A DNA stretch of 24,000 bases from Acaryochloris marina S15 (lineage in GTDB: Bacteria > Cyanobacteriota > Cyanobacteriia > Thermosynechococcales > Thermosynechococcaceae): contig NZ_CP064923.1 in the NCBI RefSeq assembly GCF_018336915.1, positions 540,998-564,997 of the forward strand, given 5' to 3'. The notes below the pieces were generated by a model that worked only from the letters and a program-made list of their open reading frames with translations, ran no database searches and was not told the DNA's origin. This document shows positions 1 through 7,838 of the stretch, in pieces (position 1 is the first letter of the stretch; each line of letters starts with the position of its first letter). The position numbers were made by a program, and so were the translations under genes.

Positions 1-517
1 TTAGAAAAGTACTTCAGGCTCATTAGTAGGAGTTAGGAGACGCAAATTCTGGCGTTAACCCATCTAATTTTATTGATATGTTTCACTCTGTTAACCCCCG
101 CAAATAAGAGTGAACTTTAGTAAAATAACTGAGTCAGTCCTGGGGGTTAATGTTAGATTAAACCCAGGTACAAAAAGTCAAAGTTAACAAGTAACCCCAG
201 AGCACGTCAGTACCTCCTACCTCTGTTCTGAAGAGCAACCTTCTTCCTGAGAACTTACGATTTGTGGTCATCCTTTTCTATACGAAAAAGCTGAAGACCA
301 GAACACTTATCTAGTAAAGATATGTAAGACTTACCTCTTAGAACTGTTGCTGTTGTTAATGTCCACTTTAGTTGTTTTTTTCTTGTACACTCTATCTATT
401 TTTTCAACTCTGAGCAAACATACATTCTCGGTTTCTATAGGATTAAGGGTTTGGTTGCAATAAGCCAAACCCTTTAGCCGTTTTAGAGGTGTTTGTCATG
501 CTCGAATAAAGCTTGAA

Positions 518-1303
518 TTAATGTGTGAGTAGCCGTTGAGTAATTTCGATAAATCCTAACCCCTCCGCTGCTTGGGTTATCGCTTGGGGATGGTGGTCAA
601 TCTGTTCCAGATAGTGAGACAAATTGGCAACGCCGACTGACAGAGGAAAAACTTGAGGGTCAAAGAGATCTTGATCATTGGGGCTATCGCCAATCGTCAA
701 GATTTGGGCTAACTCATATTGCTCAGGCAAGTGATGCTCGAGTACGGTTAGTAGCCCTGCTTGCTTGTTCTGGCCTTGGGGTTTGATGTGGCACTGCACT
801 GTACTATAGGTAAAATCAAATCCTTCAGTGGCGCAGAGATTCGCCATCTGATCTAAATCGACCGGATCGAAATCAGGATTATCAAAGGTCCAATCTGTGA
901 TCCTGAAAGCGTTGTCAGCCGTAGTCCGTAGATGCGGGAAATGAGTTTGAAGCATACGAAAGGTATTGGCTAAGTGAGCCCGGTGATCTTTGAGGCCAGG
1001 AATGTCTGAAAGTACTTTCCCGGGGGTATCGGGTTGGTGAAAGAAAAGGCCGCCATTTTCTGCGATCGCACCTTGTATCGGCAAATAATGGGCGAGTCCG
1101 CTGACCCAACCCGCCGATCGACCCGTCACAATCACAACAGCAAACCCGCTATTTTGTAAGTCCCACAATGCTTGACCAAAGATAGCTGGGAATTTACCGT
1201 CTACAGTTAGAGTGCCATCCATATCGGTTGCAATCAGTTTGATGGTATTGAGCTGCTGTGCAGGAAGATCTGCAAATGGTGTGATGGAGTGGCTCATGGA
1301 CAA
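518..1303 (-). CDS. HAD-superfamily (Cof/IIB-type) hydrolase, sugar-phosphatase-like
   Basis: 261 aa; N-terminal DMDGTLT motif, IVTGR motif, C-terminal GDSPNDQDLF motif typical of HAD-IIB phosphatases. Confidence 0.85.
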   Translation of the reverse strand: MSMSHSITPFADLPAQQLNTIKLIATDMDGTLTVDGKFPAIFGQALWDLQNSGFAVVIVTGRSAGWVSGLAHYLPIQGAIAENGGLFFHQPDTPGKVLSDIPGLKDHRAHLANTFRMLQTHFPHLRTTADNAFRITDWTFDNPDFDPVDLDQMANLCATEGFDFTYSTVQCHIKPQGQNKQAGLLTVLEHHLPEQYELAQILTIGDSPNDQDLFDPQVFPLSVGVANLSHYLEQIDHHPQAITQAAEGLGFIEITQRLLTH

Positions 1304-1335
1304 TTCGTGCAGGGCGGTCTTATTCTACAGTGCGA

Positions 1336-1836
1336 TTAGACCGCCTTATAAATGACGGCACCATCGGACTCGCGATTCCCAACAACCAATAGTTCGGCCA
1401 AACACAGCTCTTGGACTTTGGATTTGACCGTTTCAGGACTTGTTTCGGTCGCAATTACGCAATCACTCAGGGTGGCCCCCCTCTGATCTCGACAAATCTT
1501 TAGAATTTGCACATCCAGAGGTGGACTCGTTTGCCCATAAGTACTGACATCTCTCACAATAGTGGGTTGTGTCGTGGCATCAGCTGAACTATAGAGTAAT
1601 CTCTGCTTCAGATTTTTATGGTCAACCATCTCTGGAATTAAAAAGAGATCGACCACTTGGCCAATGCCGAGAAATCCGAAGGTACAAAAGTAGAGAATGC
1701 CGCTAACGGGTTTGCCTAGGTAGAATCGGTGAATCCCACAGATGCCAAAGGTAGAGAAAAACCAAAGGAGATAGGCGGTACCATTATTAGCCATTGGGGT
1801 GTTACGACCTTTGCTGTCTCGAACACTATTCTTCAA
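1336..1836 (-). CDS. TM2 domain-containing protein with C-terminal extension
   Basis: AYLLWFFSTFGICGIHRFYLGKPVSGILYFCTFGFLGIGQVVDLFLIP matches the TM2 domain pattern (G-x-H-R-F-Y-x-G ... D). Confidence 0.8.
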   Translation of the reverse strand: MKNSVRDSKGRNTPMANNGTAYLLWFFSTFGICGIHRFYLGKPVSGILYFCTFGFLGIGQVVDLFLIPEMVDHKNLKQRLLYSSADATTQPTIVRDVSTYGQTSPPLDVQILKICRDQRGATLSDCVIATETSPETVKSKVQELCLAELLVVGNRESDGAVIYKAV

Positions 1837-2045
1837 TTCTAGCTAATGAGGAATTGCAGCAGAATCGCAATCTTTACCTTTCTACAGAAAAGCAAGGGAC
1901 TGGTCCCCCCTTCACAATCTCCAACGGAAGCGTAATAGATCCCTGGTCTAAGATTATTTATTCAAAACACGACGGAAATCTACCAGAAAACAGATCATTC
2001 ATCTGCATAGGCTAGGGATCTATTATGCTTCCGTTGCTACTGAGG

Positions 2046-2681
2046 CTACAAAGTGCACTTGGATTTATTCTGACGGACAAGATGTGACCATTTTCTTTTG
2101 GCGAAGATACCAAGACCGATGGTTATAATGCTGCCCAAGAAAGTACTAGGCTCAGGAACAGTCACGAACTCAGGAGAACTAGAACCGTTAAACAATCCGC
2201 ACAGTGAACCAGGAGAACCATCACAGACTCGTACGCCTCCGCGAAGTTGAATGTTGCTGAAGGCACCAGGACCCGTAACGTAACGCGGGCCAAATAAGCC
2301 GGTAGTGGGCCTTAAAGTACTAATTCCTTCCCTGAACCTAGTATTGCCATCGCCCAAGGGACCACCATCTAAGTCATAGACAAGACCAAATAAGTCTCCA
2401 AATCCATAAGTTGTCGGTGGTGTTAACCGATTCCCAGAAAAAGTGACCCTGAAGTCCGAAATTTCACGGAAGTTTTGGGAGCCTCTAAAATACGCAACTT
2501 GACCATCGCCATCAAGGTCATCGGCGATGAAAAAACCTTCAGTGTAAGCGCCTTCATCAAAACCATCTTGTCTGAAGTTATAGGTTAGGGAGGCTGCTGT
2601 TGCTGGGGATATAAAGCTCAGAACCAAGGTGCATGAGGCATATGCACAGGCTGCTATTGTCAAAAACTTTGAGTTCTTCAT
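2046..2681 (-). CDS. PEP-CTERM sorting-domain secreted protein
   Basis: N-terminal signal-like hydrophobic segment; C-terminal VPEPST + hydrophobic helix + basic KRKW tail. Confidence 0.85.
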   Translation of the reverse strand: MKNSKFLTIAACAYASCTLVLSFISPATAASLTYNFRQDGFDEGAYTEGFFIADDLDGDGQVAYFRGSQNFREISDFRVTFSGNRLTPPTTYGFGDLFGLVYDLDGGPLGDGNTRFREGISTLRPTTGLFGPRYVTGPGAFSNIQLRGGVRVCDGSPGSLCGLFNGSSSPEFVTVPEPSTFLGSIITIGLGIFAKRKWSHLVRQNKSKCTL

Positions 2682-3191
2682 GTTTAAATCTCAGATTCTC
2701 GATCATTAAAGACTCAGGAGATCGAAAAGACTAGCAATATTATAGTTAATGCTCTATTTCTACTGTAGAGATTATTTCCTCGTATTTAGGATTAAAAGAA
2801 CATAGTTCGATATCTGATGGAGGTACTGCTCTCTTAAGAACTAATAAATCCATTAGGCTCCTTTCCAGTAGGATATGCTAGCTGTTCTCCTACAAAAACT
2901 CCTAGAAGTTTTTCTGGATTTAGGTTTGATATCCCTATCACTTTTTAAGAGAGCAGTGCTGGAAAGGTCATCACAGCTGATCCATGGATATTGTCATAGC
3001 CACTTGACATAACTGTTGTCCTCCAAAACAGTATTGATGCAGCAGTTGGATGAAAGTTTCTGATTTTGTGCTGGGCATCCGTGAAACTTGAAATCTTGAA
3101 GCCTCTGCTACAAGAGTGAGAAGAATACTCAAACCAGGCTACTTCGCTCATGGGTTTGGGCAGTAAGTCTAGGAGTGTATGCAGAAGCCGT

Positions 3192-3542
3192 TTACTCTTC
3201 TAAGCGAGTGATCAAAACTTTTAGCTCTTCAGCTAATTCTTGGCTAGTAATCTTTTGCTCAGTTTCACTAGTATCATCCATAAACATATTGCCTTTGCCT
3301 GTCAATAGCCAATCGATAGATACCTGATAATAGGTATTGAGCAAAATTAGAAAATCAATATTGAGTAAATAATCACCACACTCACAGCCTGACCACTGTC
3401 TGACCGAGATAGAAAGATTTTTGGCAATTTGAACTTGGGATAACCCCAGATGAGCACGTAGCTGCTTCATTCGTCTGCCAATTTTCTGGGCTGCAATATG
3501 AATTATTAGCTGATCTTTTTTCCCGAGTTGCTTGCGAGGCAT
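3192..3542 (-). CDS. XRE-family helix-turn-helix transcriptional regulator
   Basis: MKQLRAHLGLSQVQIAKNLSISVRQWSGCECG...WLLTGKG, canonical HTH_XRE pattern. Confidence 0.8.
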   Translation of the reverse strand: MPRKQLGKKDQLIIHIAAQKIGRRMKQLRAHLGLSQVQIAKNLSISVRQWSGCECGDYLLNIDFLILLNTYYQVSIDWLLTGKGNMFMDDTSETEQKITSQELAEELKVLITRLEE

Positions 3543-4054
3543 AGCAGAGTGGCAGATTAGTTTTTATGTTATTAGAGATATTGAAAAGGACTAAAATTAT
3601 AGTCATCTAATCTAAAAGGCGATAGAAAAAAAAGGTAATTAGATGACAAAAGATTGTCTAAATATTTTTCAACAAACATATTTTAGACGTAATCCTCTAA
3701 CGAGTTCTATGTAGGAATACGGATTCTTTTGCAATCACAGGCACTCTAAATGGAGAAAGCGTCTCCGTGAAAACACTGAATTTTTCGGAAATGGTGCATG
3801 ATTATTGAGTCATATTGCCTACTGTAGGGGTGCCACTCCGTATATTCACGGATACAATAGAAAGAACATTTATCAAATGGCATAGGTGGTGATTGCACAG
3901 GACGCGATCATCTATGACATAGAGAAGTCTTTAGCCCCTGTTTGGGAGAACACTCTAATCTTTAGGATTTAGCAAATCATTCGCTTAGCTTTTGCGAGCG
4001 TTTATGCTATCTCAGGGCTAGAAAAAGACATACATTAAAGAAAACATTATCTAG

Positions 4055-4489
4055 TTGTTGTTAGACATAGCAATGGACACAATTCAATACAAGCGATCTA
4101 CAAAGGGCTGTCAAACCAGACGGATAGCAGAACAGAGACATTCAAAGCTTCAGCCTTCTTTCACGACGAGGAGTAGCCTTCTGGAATCTTCTTATAAAGC
4201 CCAACTAGATTTAGCTGTCAAAGGAGTGTTGTTTGAAAGCCTATACCCTCTCAGTCGAGATGAAATTGCAGAACGAATGACGTGGTTAATGGCAGATACC
4301 AAATATGGCAAAATCAATCGGGTCTTTGCATCTCTTCAGCGCTTGATTACTAGCAAGTTGGTTGCAGCGACTCGCGTTGTTGATCAAGGAAAGGAGGTGA
4401 CTAAATATCTTCTGAATCTCCCCTATGAAGAATTGCAAAAAGAGCGGGCGGCAAGGGTGAGAATTCAGCAGTTTCAGTGTAACGAATAG
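4055..4489 (+). CDS. Hypothetical protein, possible winged-helix DNA-binding protein
   Basis: 144 aa ORF; LSRDEIAERMTWLMADTKYGKINRVFASLQRLITSKLV resembles a wHTH segment; followed by a terminator-like hairpin. Confidence 0.5.
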   Translation: MLLDIAMDTIQYKRSTKGCQTRRIAEQRHSKLQPSFTTRSSLLESSYKAQLDLAVKGVLFESLYPLSRDEIAERMTWLMADTKYGKINRVFASLQRLITSKLVAATRVVDQGKEVTKYLLNLPYEELQKERAARVRIQQFQCNE

Positions 4490-4548
4490 AAATCTTTTCT
4501 ATTGGTATCGAAAGCAAGACGATACATCCTGAATAAAAAATCAAAGAA

Positions 4549-4571
4549 AGAGGACTGATAACCAATCCTCT
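4549..4571 (+). terminator. Candidate rho-independent-like terminator between convergent genes
   Basis: AGAGGA-CTG-ATAAC-CAA-TCCTCT imperfect stem followed by CTCTTTT. Confidence 0.45.
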
Positions 4572-4718
4572 CTCTTTTGTGTCACTTACAAGTAACTAAG
4601 AAGCGTATATTAATTTCGAAGTGCGCTGTTGACGGATGTAATTTACCTCAGTCTTATTCCCTCATTTTATTTTTTGAACGAATGCTGCCTTAAGAGAGGC
4701 GAAAGAAAGGAGTGAAAC

Positions 4719-5858
4719 TTAGGATTTGGAGTCAGATTGGTAGTAAACTTTCTCTCCATGATCAGGAACGTATCGGCAATCTCTCAAGGCAATCCATAAA
4801 CTCTTCCAAATGGGATCTGGAGACTTCTGATAGTACTCACCTAAGAGCGGCTTAATGGCTTTGGTTGCCGTCAGCAAATGATAGTGAGGCATGCCTAAGA
4901 AAATATGGTGGGCGACATGAGTGCCAATATTGTGATGGATGGGATTGATAAACCCATAGTCATGGTCGATGGTAGAGAGTGCACCCTTGAGAAAATACCA
5001 ATTGTCATTGGGGTACCAAGGTACACTCGGGACGGTATGGTGCAACAAAGTAACGACGTCTAGCCAAACAATGAAAACAATATAGGGAACGAGATAATAC
5101 TTGACTAGGAATAACCAGCCATTGGTGTAAGTGAGAACTGCTAAAAAAGCGATCATTGCTCCCCATAAGACCGTACTGGTGATGACATCCCATTTCTCGG
5201 AAGGCTTGAATAAGGGGCTACTAGGCAGGAAATGAGATCCCTTGCGTCCAGGTGACCGCTTGAATAGATAGATGGGATAGGCCAGTAGGGTCAAATAGTA
5301 ACGGACAAATTTGACATCCTTCGGCATCTCTCGATATTGAGTTTCCGTGGGAGGGTACCAACTTTCATCCGTTTCGATATTGCCTGTATTGGCATGGTGG
5401 GTACGGTGACTAATGCGCCAACCATGAAAAGGCACCAAAATTGGCGTATGGCTGAGATGTCCGATCAAATCGTTCAGCCGCCTGTGTTTGGAAAAAGAAC
5501 GATGACCACAGTCGTGTCCCACAACAAATAACGCCCAAAACATTGTGCCTTGAGCTAACCAAAAGATGGGCCAGAACCATAGGGCATTAATTTGATGGGC
5601 AATGGCGTATAAACCAGCGATAATACCGATATCTAAAAAGAAATATGAAAGAGATCGCCAGGCTGAAGGCTCAAAGCAATGAGGGGGAATGGCTGCCTTT
5701 ACCTCTTGAAGGGTAAAGGGTAATTCTCTAGACCTAGAGACGGCGGGGCCTTTGGTTTCAACACCAGTAGAGTTTTGCACGAAAAAATACTGCTTCCTTA
5801 CGCTGTAGTGACCGAGTCTCATTCTATCTCTTAACAAGTCGTAATCAAAGTTAAGCAA
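4719..5858 (-). CDS. desB: Fatty acid desaturase, acyl-lipid omega-3 (DesB-like)
   Basis: Three histidine boxes HDCGH, HRTHH, HVAHH; HHNIGTHVAHH context typical of DesB-type omega-3 desaturases. The DesB versus DesA assignment is from motif context. Confidence 0.8.
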   Translation of the reverse strand: MLNFDYDLLRDRMRLGHYSVRKQYFFVQNSTGVETKGPAVSRSRELPFTLQEVKAAIPPHCFEPSAWRSLSYFFLDIGIIAGLYAIAHQINALWFWPIFWLAQGTMFWALFVVGHDCGHRSFSKHRRLNDLIGHLSHTPILVPFHGWRISHRTHHANTGNIETDESWYPPTETQYREMPKDVKFVRYYLTLLAYPIYLFKRSPGRKGSHFLPSSPLFKPSEKWDVITSTVLWGAMIAFLAVLTYTNGWLFLVKYYLVPYIVFIVWLDVVTLLHHTVPSVPWYPNDNWYFLKGALSTIDHDYGFINPIHHNIGTHVAHHIFLGMPHYHLLTATKAIKPLLGEYYQKSPDPIWKSLWIALRDCRYVPDHGEKVYYQSDSKS

Positions 5859-6104
5859 TGACTCCCATGAAAGTTTACAAATTGAAATAGTATTAACTTC
5901 AGAACTGAATTTCCTTATATCTATCTGGGTTAACTCTTGGGGGGGTGATCGCGGTCAATCTATTAAAGGATTGAGACTACTAAGCTCTAGTGAGCTATAT
6001 TTTTCTTGCTCTGCAGTATTGGACCCGCTGATTACATCAAGCTCCGCTGAACTAGCGGTTCCCGAACCAATCCTCTGACGTTACTTCAGAACATATCTTC
6101 TGCC

Positions 6105-7076
6105 ATGATTACTCATCAAAATCTTTGTAAGAAAAACCATCAGTTTAAGAACAACTGCTTAAAATTCTTGAGTGTGAGCAGTGTTCTTCTGGTCCTAATC
6201 AGTGGATGCAGCTCGGAAAACTCTAGTTCTAAATCTAAATCTCAGGCGCAATCAGGAGACCCGGCAGCCAGTACTCCAGAGCCTCTCAATTCAACGCCGA
6301 CAAAATTAAAGTTAACGGTTGTATCTCCCGAGTCACTGCGCGTTAAGCAGGGAGATTTAATCGTTAAGGGGCAAATTTTGGTCGATCGGACCGCTGCCCG
6401 TCAGACCATTATGGCTCGCCGTCAAAAGGTGCAACAGGAAGTTGCGCTTTTAACGGCGACGGAACAGATTCCGACTGCCCCAACGAATACAACTGCGGCA
6501 GAAGCTCAGGTGCAGCAAGCCCGAGAACGGGTTCGTTTAGCGGATGCTGCAATGCAGGATTATCTGGCTAAATCTCCTTACACTGATCTTGCTCGTCAAA
6601 CCCTGCCTCTGCCATCGGAGGAGAAACAGTTAGCTCAGTTGCAATTCGCTAAAACCTCTGCTCAAGCCCAGCTAGAACAGGCCATTGCCCAGCGTAAGTC
6701 TTTACAATCTTCTCAACAAGCTCGGCAACAGGGGCAAGCTGTAGCGTCTAGTAAGAAGAATCAACTTCTCAATGAGTTGAAAACTATTGAGGCCCAATTA
6801 CAGGCTTTTCAAGATATTCTGTCTCCCCATGATGCGATTGTGCAAAAGGTCGATTGGCAAAAGAAGGGAAAAAATGGGACGACGGTAGAACTAGCCCTTG
6901 CGGTCCATTCTTTGGCAGATCCTGTTCCATCTCTACCTAATGGGACCAATAATCCTTTGCTATCGGTTCCTAGCCCAGCGCCCGGACAGCCCTTTCCCAG
7001 CCTTCCTGCGCCGTTAGCGCCTGCTCCCCAACCCGCAGCCCCCGGGCAGGTCCCGACTGCTGCTCAGCAACCTTGA
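6105..7076 (+). CDS. Putative lipoprotein with HlyD/biotin-lipoyl-like and coiled-coil segments
   Basis: Lipobox-like LISGCSS; VKQGDLIVKGQILVDR resembles a membrane-fusion-protein N-terminus, followed by Gln/Ala-rich coiled coil and Pro-rich tail. Confidence 0.6.
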   Translation: MITHQNLCKKNHQFKNNCLKFLSVSSVLLVLISGCSSENSSSKSKSQAQSGDPAASTPEPLNSTPTKLKLTVVSPESLRVKQGDLIVKGQILVDRTAARQTIMARRQKVQQEVALLTATEQIPTAPTNTTAAEAQVQQARERVRLADAAMQDYLAKSPYTDLARQTLPLPSEEKQLAQLQFAKTSAQAQLEQAIAQRKSLQSSQQARQQGQAVASSKKNQLLNELKTIEAQLQAFQDILSPHDAIVQKVDWQKKGKNGTTVELALAVHSLADPVPSLPNGTNNPLLSVPSPAPGQPFPSLPAPLAPAPQPAAPGQVPTAAQQP

Positions 7077-7274
7077 ATGATCAGTTTGAGTCGAAAGTGA
7101 CTGGAGATGTTGCCTGAGGATCATGGCGGTTCTCAATTCAGTGTGTTAGGTTTGGCCACTGAGTCAATGGCGTGCTGTGAGGTAGCGGTTCAGGTTCTGA
7201 ATATCTGACTGGTACTTTGAAGCTGAAAATTGCGGATAAGTGTACCGCCAAGCACACAAGGTTGATTCACCATT

Positions 7275-7343
7275 CCTCGATTAGCTCAGCGGGAGAGCAC
7301 CGGGCTTATCCGGGGGGCGTAGGTTCAAATCCTACATCGAGCG
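7275..7343 (+). tRNA. tRNA-like element (degenerate tRNA); nominal anticodon UAU not in a canonical loop; no encoded CCA
   Basis: Acceptor CCTCGAT (7275-7281)/ATCGAGC (7336-7342) with C1:C72 mismatch; T8 A9; D arm GCTC-AGCGGGA-GAGC (7284-7298); T arm GTAGG-TTCAAAT-CCTAC (7319-7335); anticodon-arm region only CCGG-GCTTAT-CCGG (7300-7313). Confidence 0.7.
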
Positions 7344-7346
7344 AAC

Positions 7347-7422
7347 CGAAAGCTAGCTCAGTTGGTAGAGCATCAGACTCATAATCTGACTGTCACAGGT
7401 TCAAATCCTGTACTTTCCACCA
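7347..7422 (+). tRNA. tRNA with CAU anticodon (Met or Ile2), encoded CCA
   Basis: D arm GCTC/GAGC (7356-7371); anticodon arm TCAGA-CTCATAA-TCTGA (7373-7389), anticodon CAT at 7380-7382; T arm ACAGG-TTCAAAT-CCTGT (7395-7411); A73 CCA at 7419-7422. Acceptor CGAAAGC/ACTTTCC has 1:72 C:C and 7:66 C:A mismatches. Confidence 0.85.
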
Positions 7423-7458
7423 CCCCGCCCTGGGTATGGGCACCTCGTTTAGGACGAG

Positions 7459-7512
7459 TTATGTCATCGGTACGGGAGCAATCCCAAGGTGGTTCAAATC
7501 CACTTGATAAGC
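7459..7512 (+). ncRNA. Third T-arm-containing element, possible minimal tRNA-like RNA
   Basis: GGGA-GCAA-TCCC hairpin (7474-7485, GNRA loop) followed by GGTGG-TTCAAAT-CCACT (7488-7504); possible weak closing TTAT (7459-7462)/ATAA (7507-7510). Confidence 0.4.
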
Positions 7513-7838
7513 ATCCGGTTGTTGGTGTCTCGCGGTGAGTGTCACTCGGTGGCCGTCACTGCAACAGCCAAAGGCCAGCGCAATCGCATTGGATGATCGG
7601 TTTGAGTAGGTTCCTTTGAAGGGCAACCGCTGGGAGGAAATTCCAGGGGTTGCTGCTGCGAACGGCCTATCGGTTGAAGACAGAACCCAGGCTTAACCTT
7701 CGGGTGGGGCTGCGGTTCACCTTCAACTTAATCCAGCTGATCATGGGCGATTGCCCGCACTGTAACTGTGGAGACCAACAGCCTTGGGTGCTTTTAGATG
7801 TGGCCCCACATCTATGCGAGAAGAAGAAGGAAATAACA
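7513..7838 (+). ncRNA. Highly structured non-coding RNA or 5' leader upstream of slipin
   Basis: Series of complementary segments: GGTTGTTG (7517-7524)/CAACAGCC (7562-7569); 7622-7635/7641-7654 hairpin; GTTGAAG (7673-7679)/CTTCAAC (7721-7727) with GAACC/GGTTC inside; GGGC-GATT-GCCC (7745-7756); AGATGTG/CACATCT (7796-7813). Confidence 0.5.

Noticed and set aside
1-517. Possible non-coding RNA in the AT-rich start of the window
   Set aside because: No stable hairpin or known motif could be supported by eye.
7275-7422. Treating the two tRNA genes as a simple ordinary tRNA cluster
   Set aside because: Unit 1 lacks a standard anticodon arm and both units have 1:72 mismatches; a plain housekeeping interpretation does not explain these.
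7423-7838. Full-length bacterial rnpB gene
   Set aside because: Only two P4-strand-like motifs about 35 nt apart are visible; specificity-domain conserved regions and P3 are not recognisable, so it is not called as rnpB.
7650-7838. N-terminal 63 aa of the 573-aa slipin ORF in the ORF track
   Set aside because: Overlaps strong RNA hairpins, and a typical slipin N-terminus with a better RBS begins at 7839.
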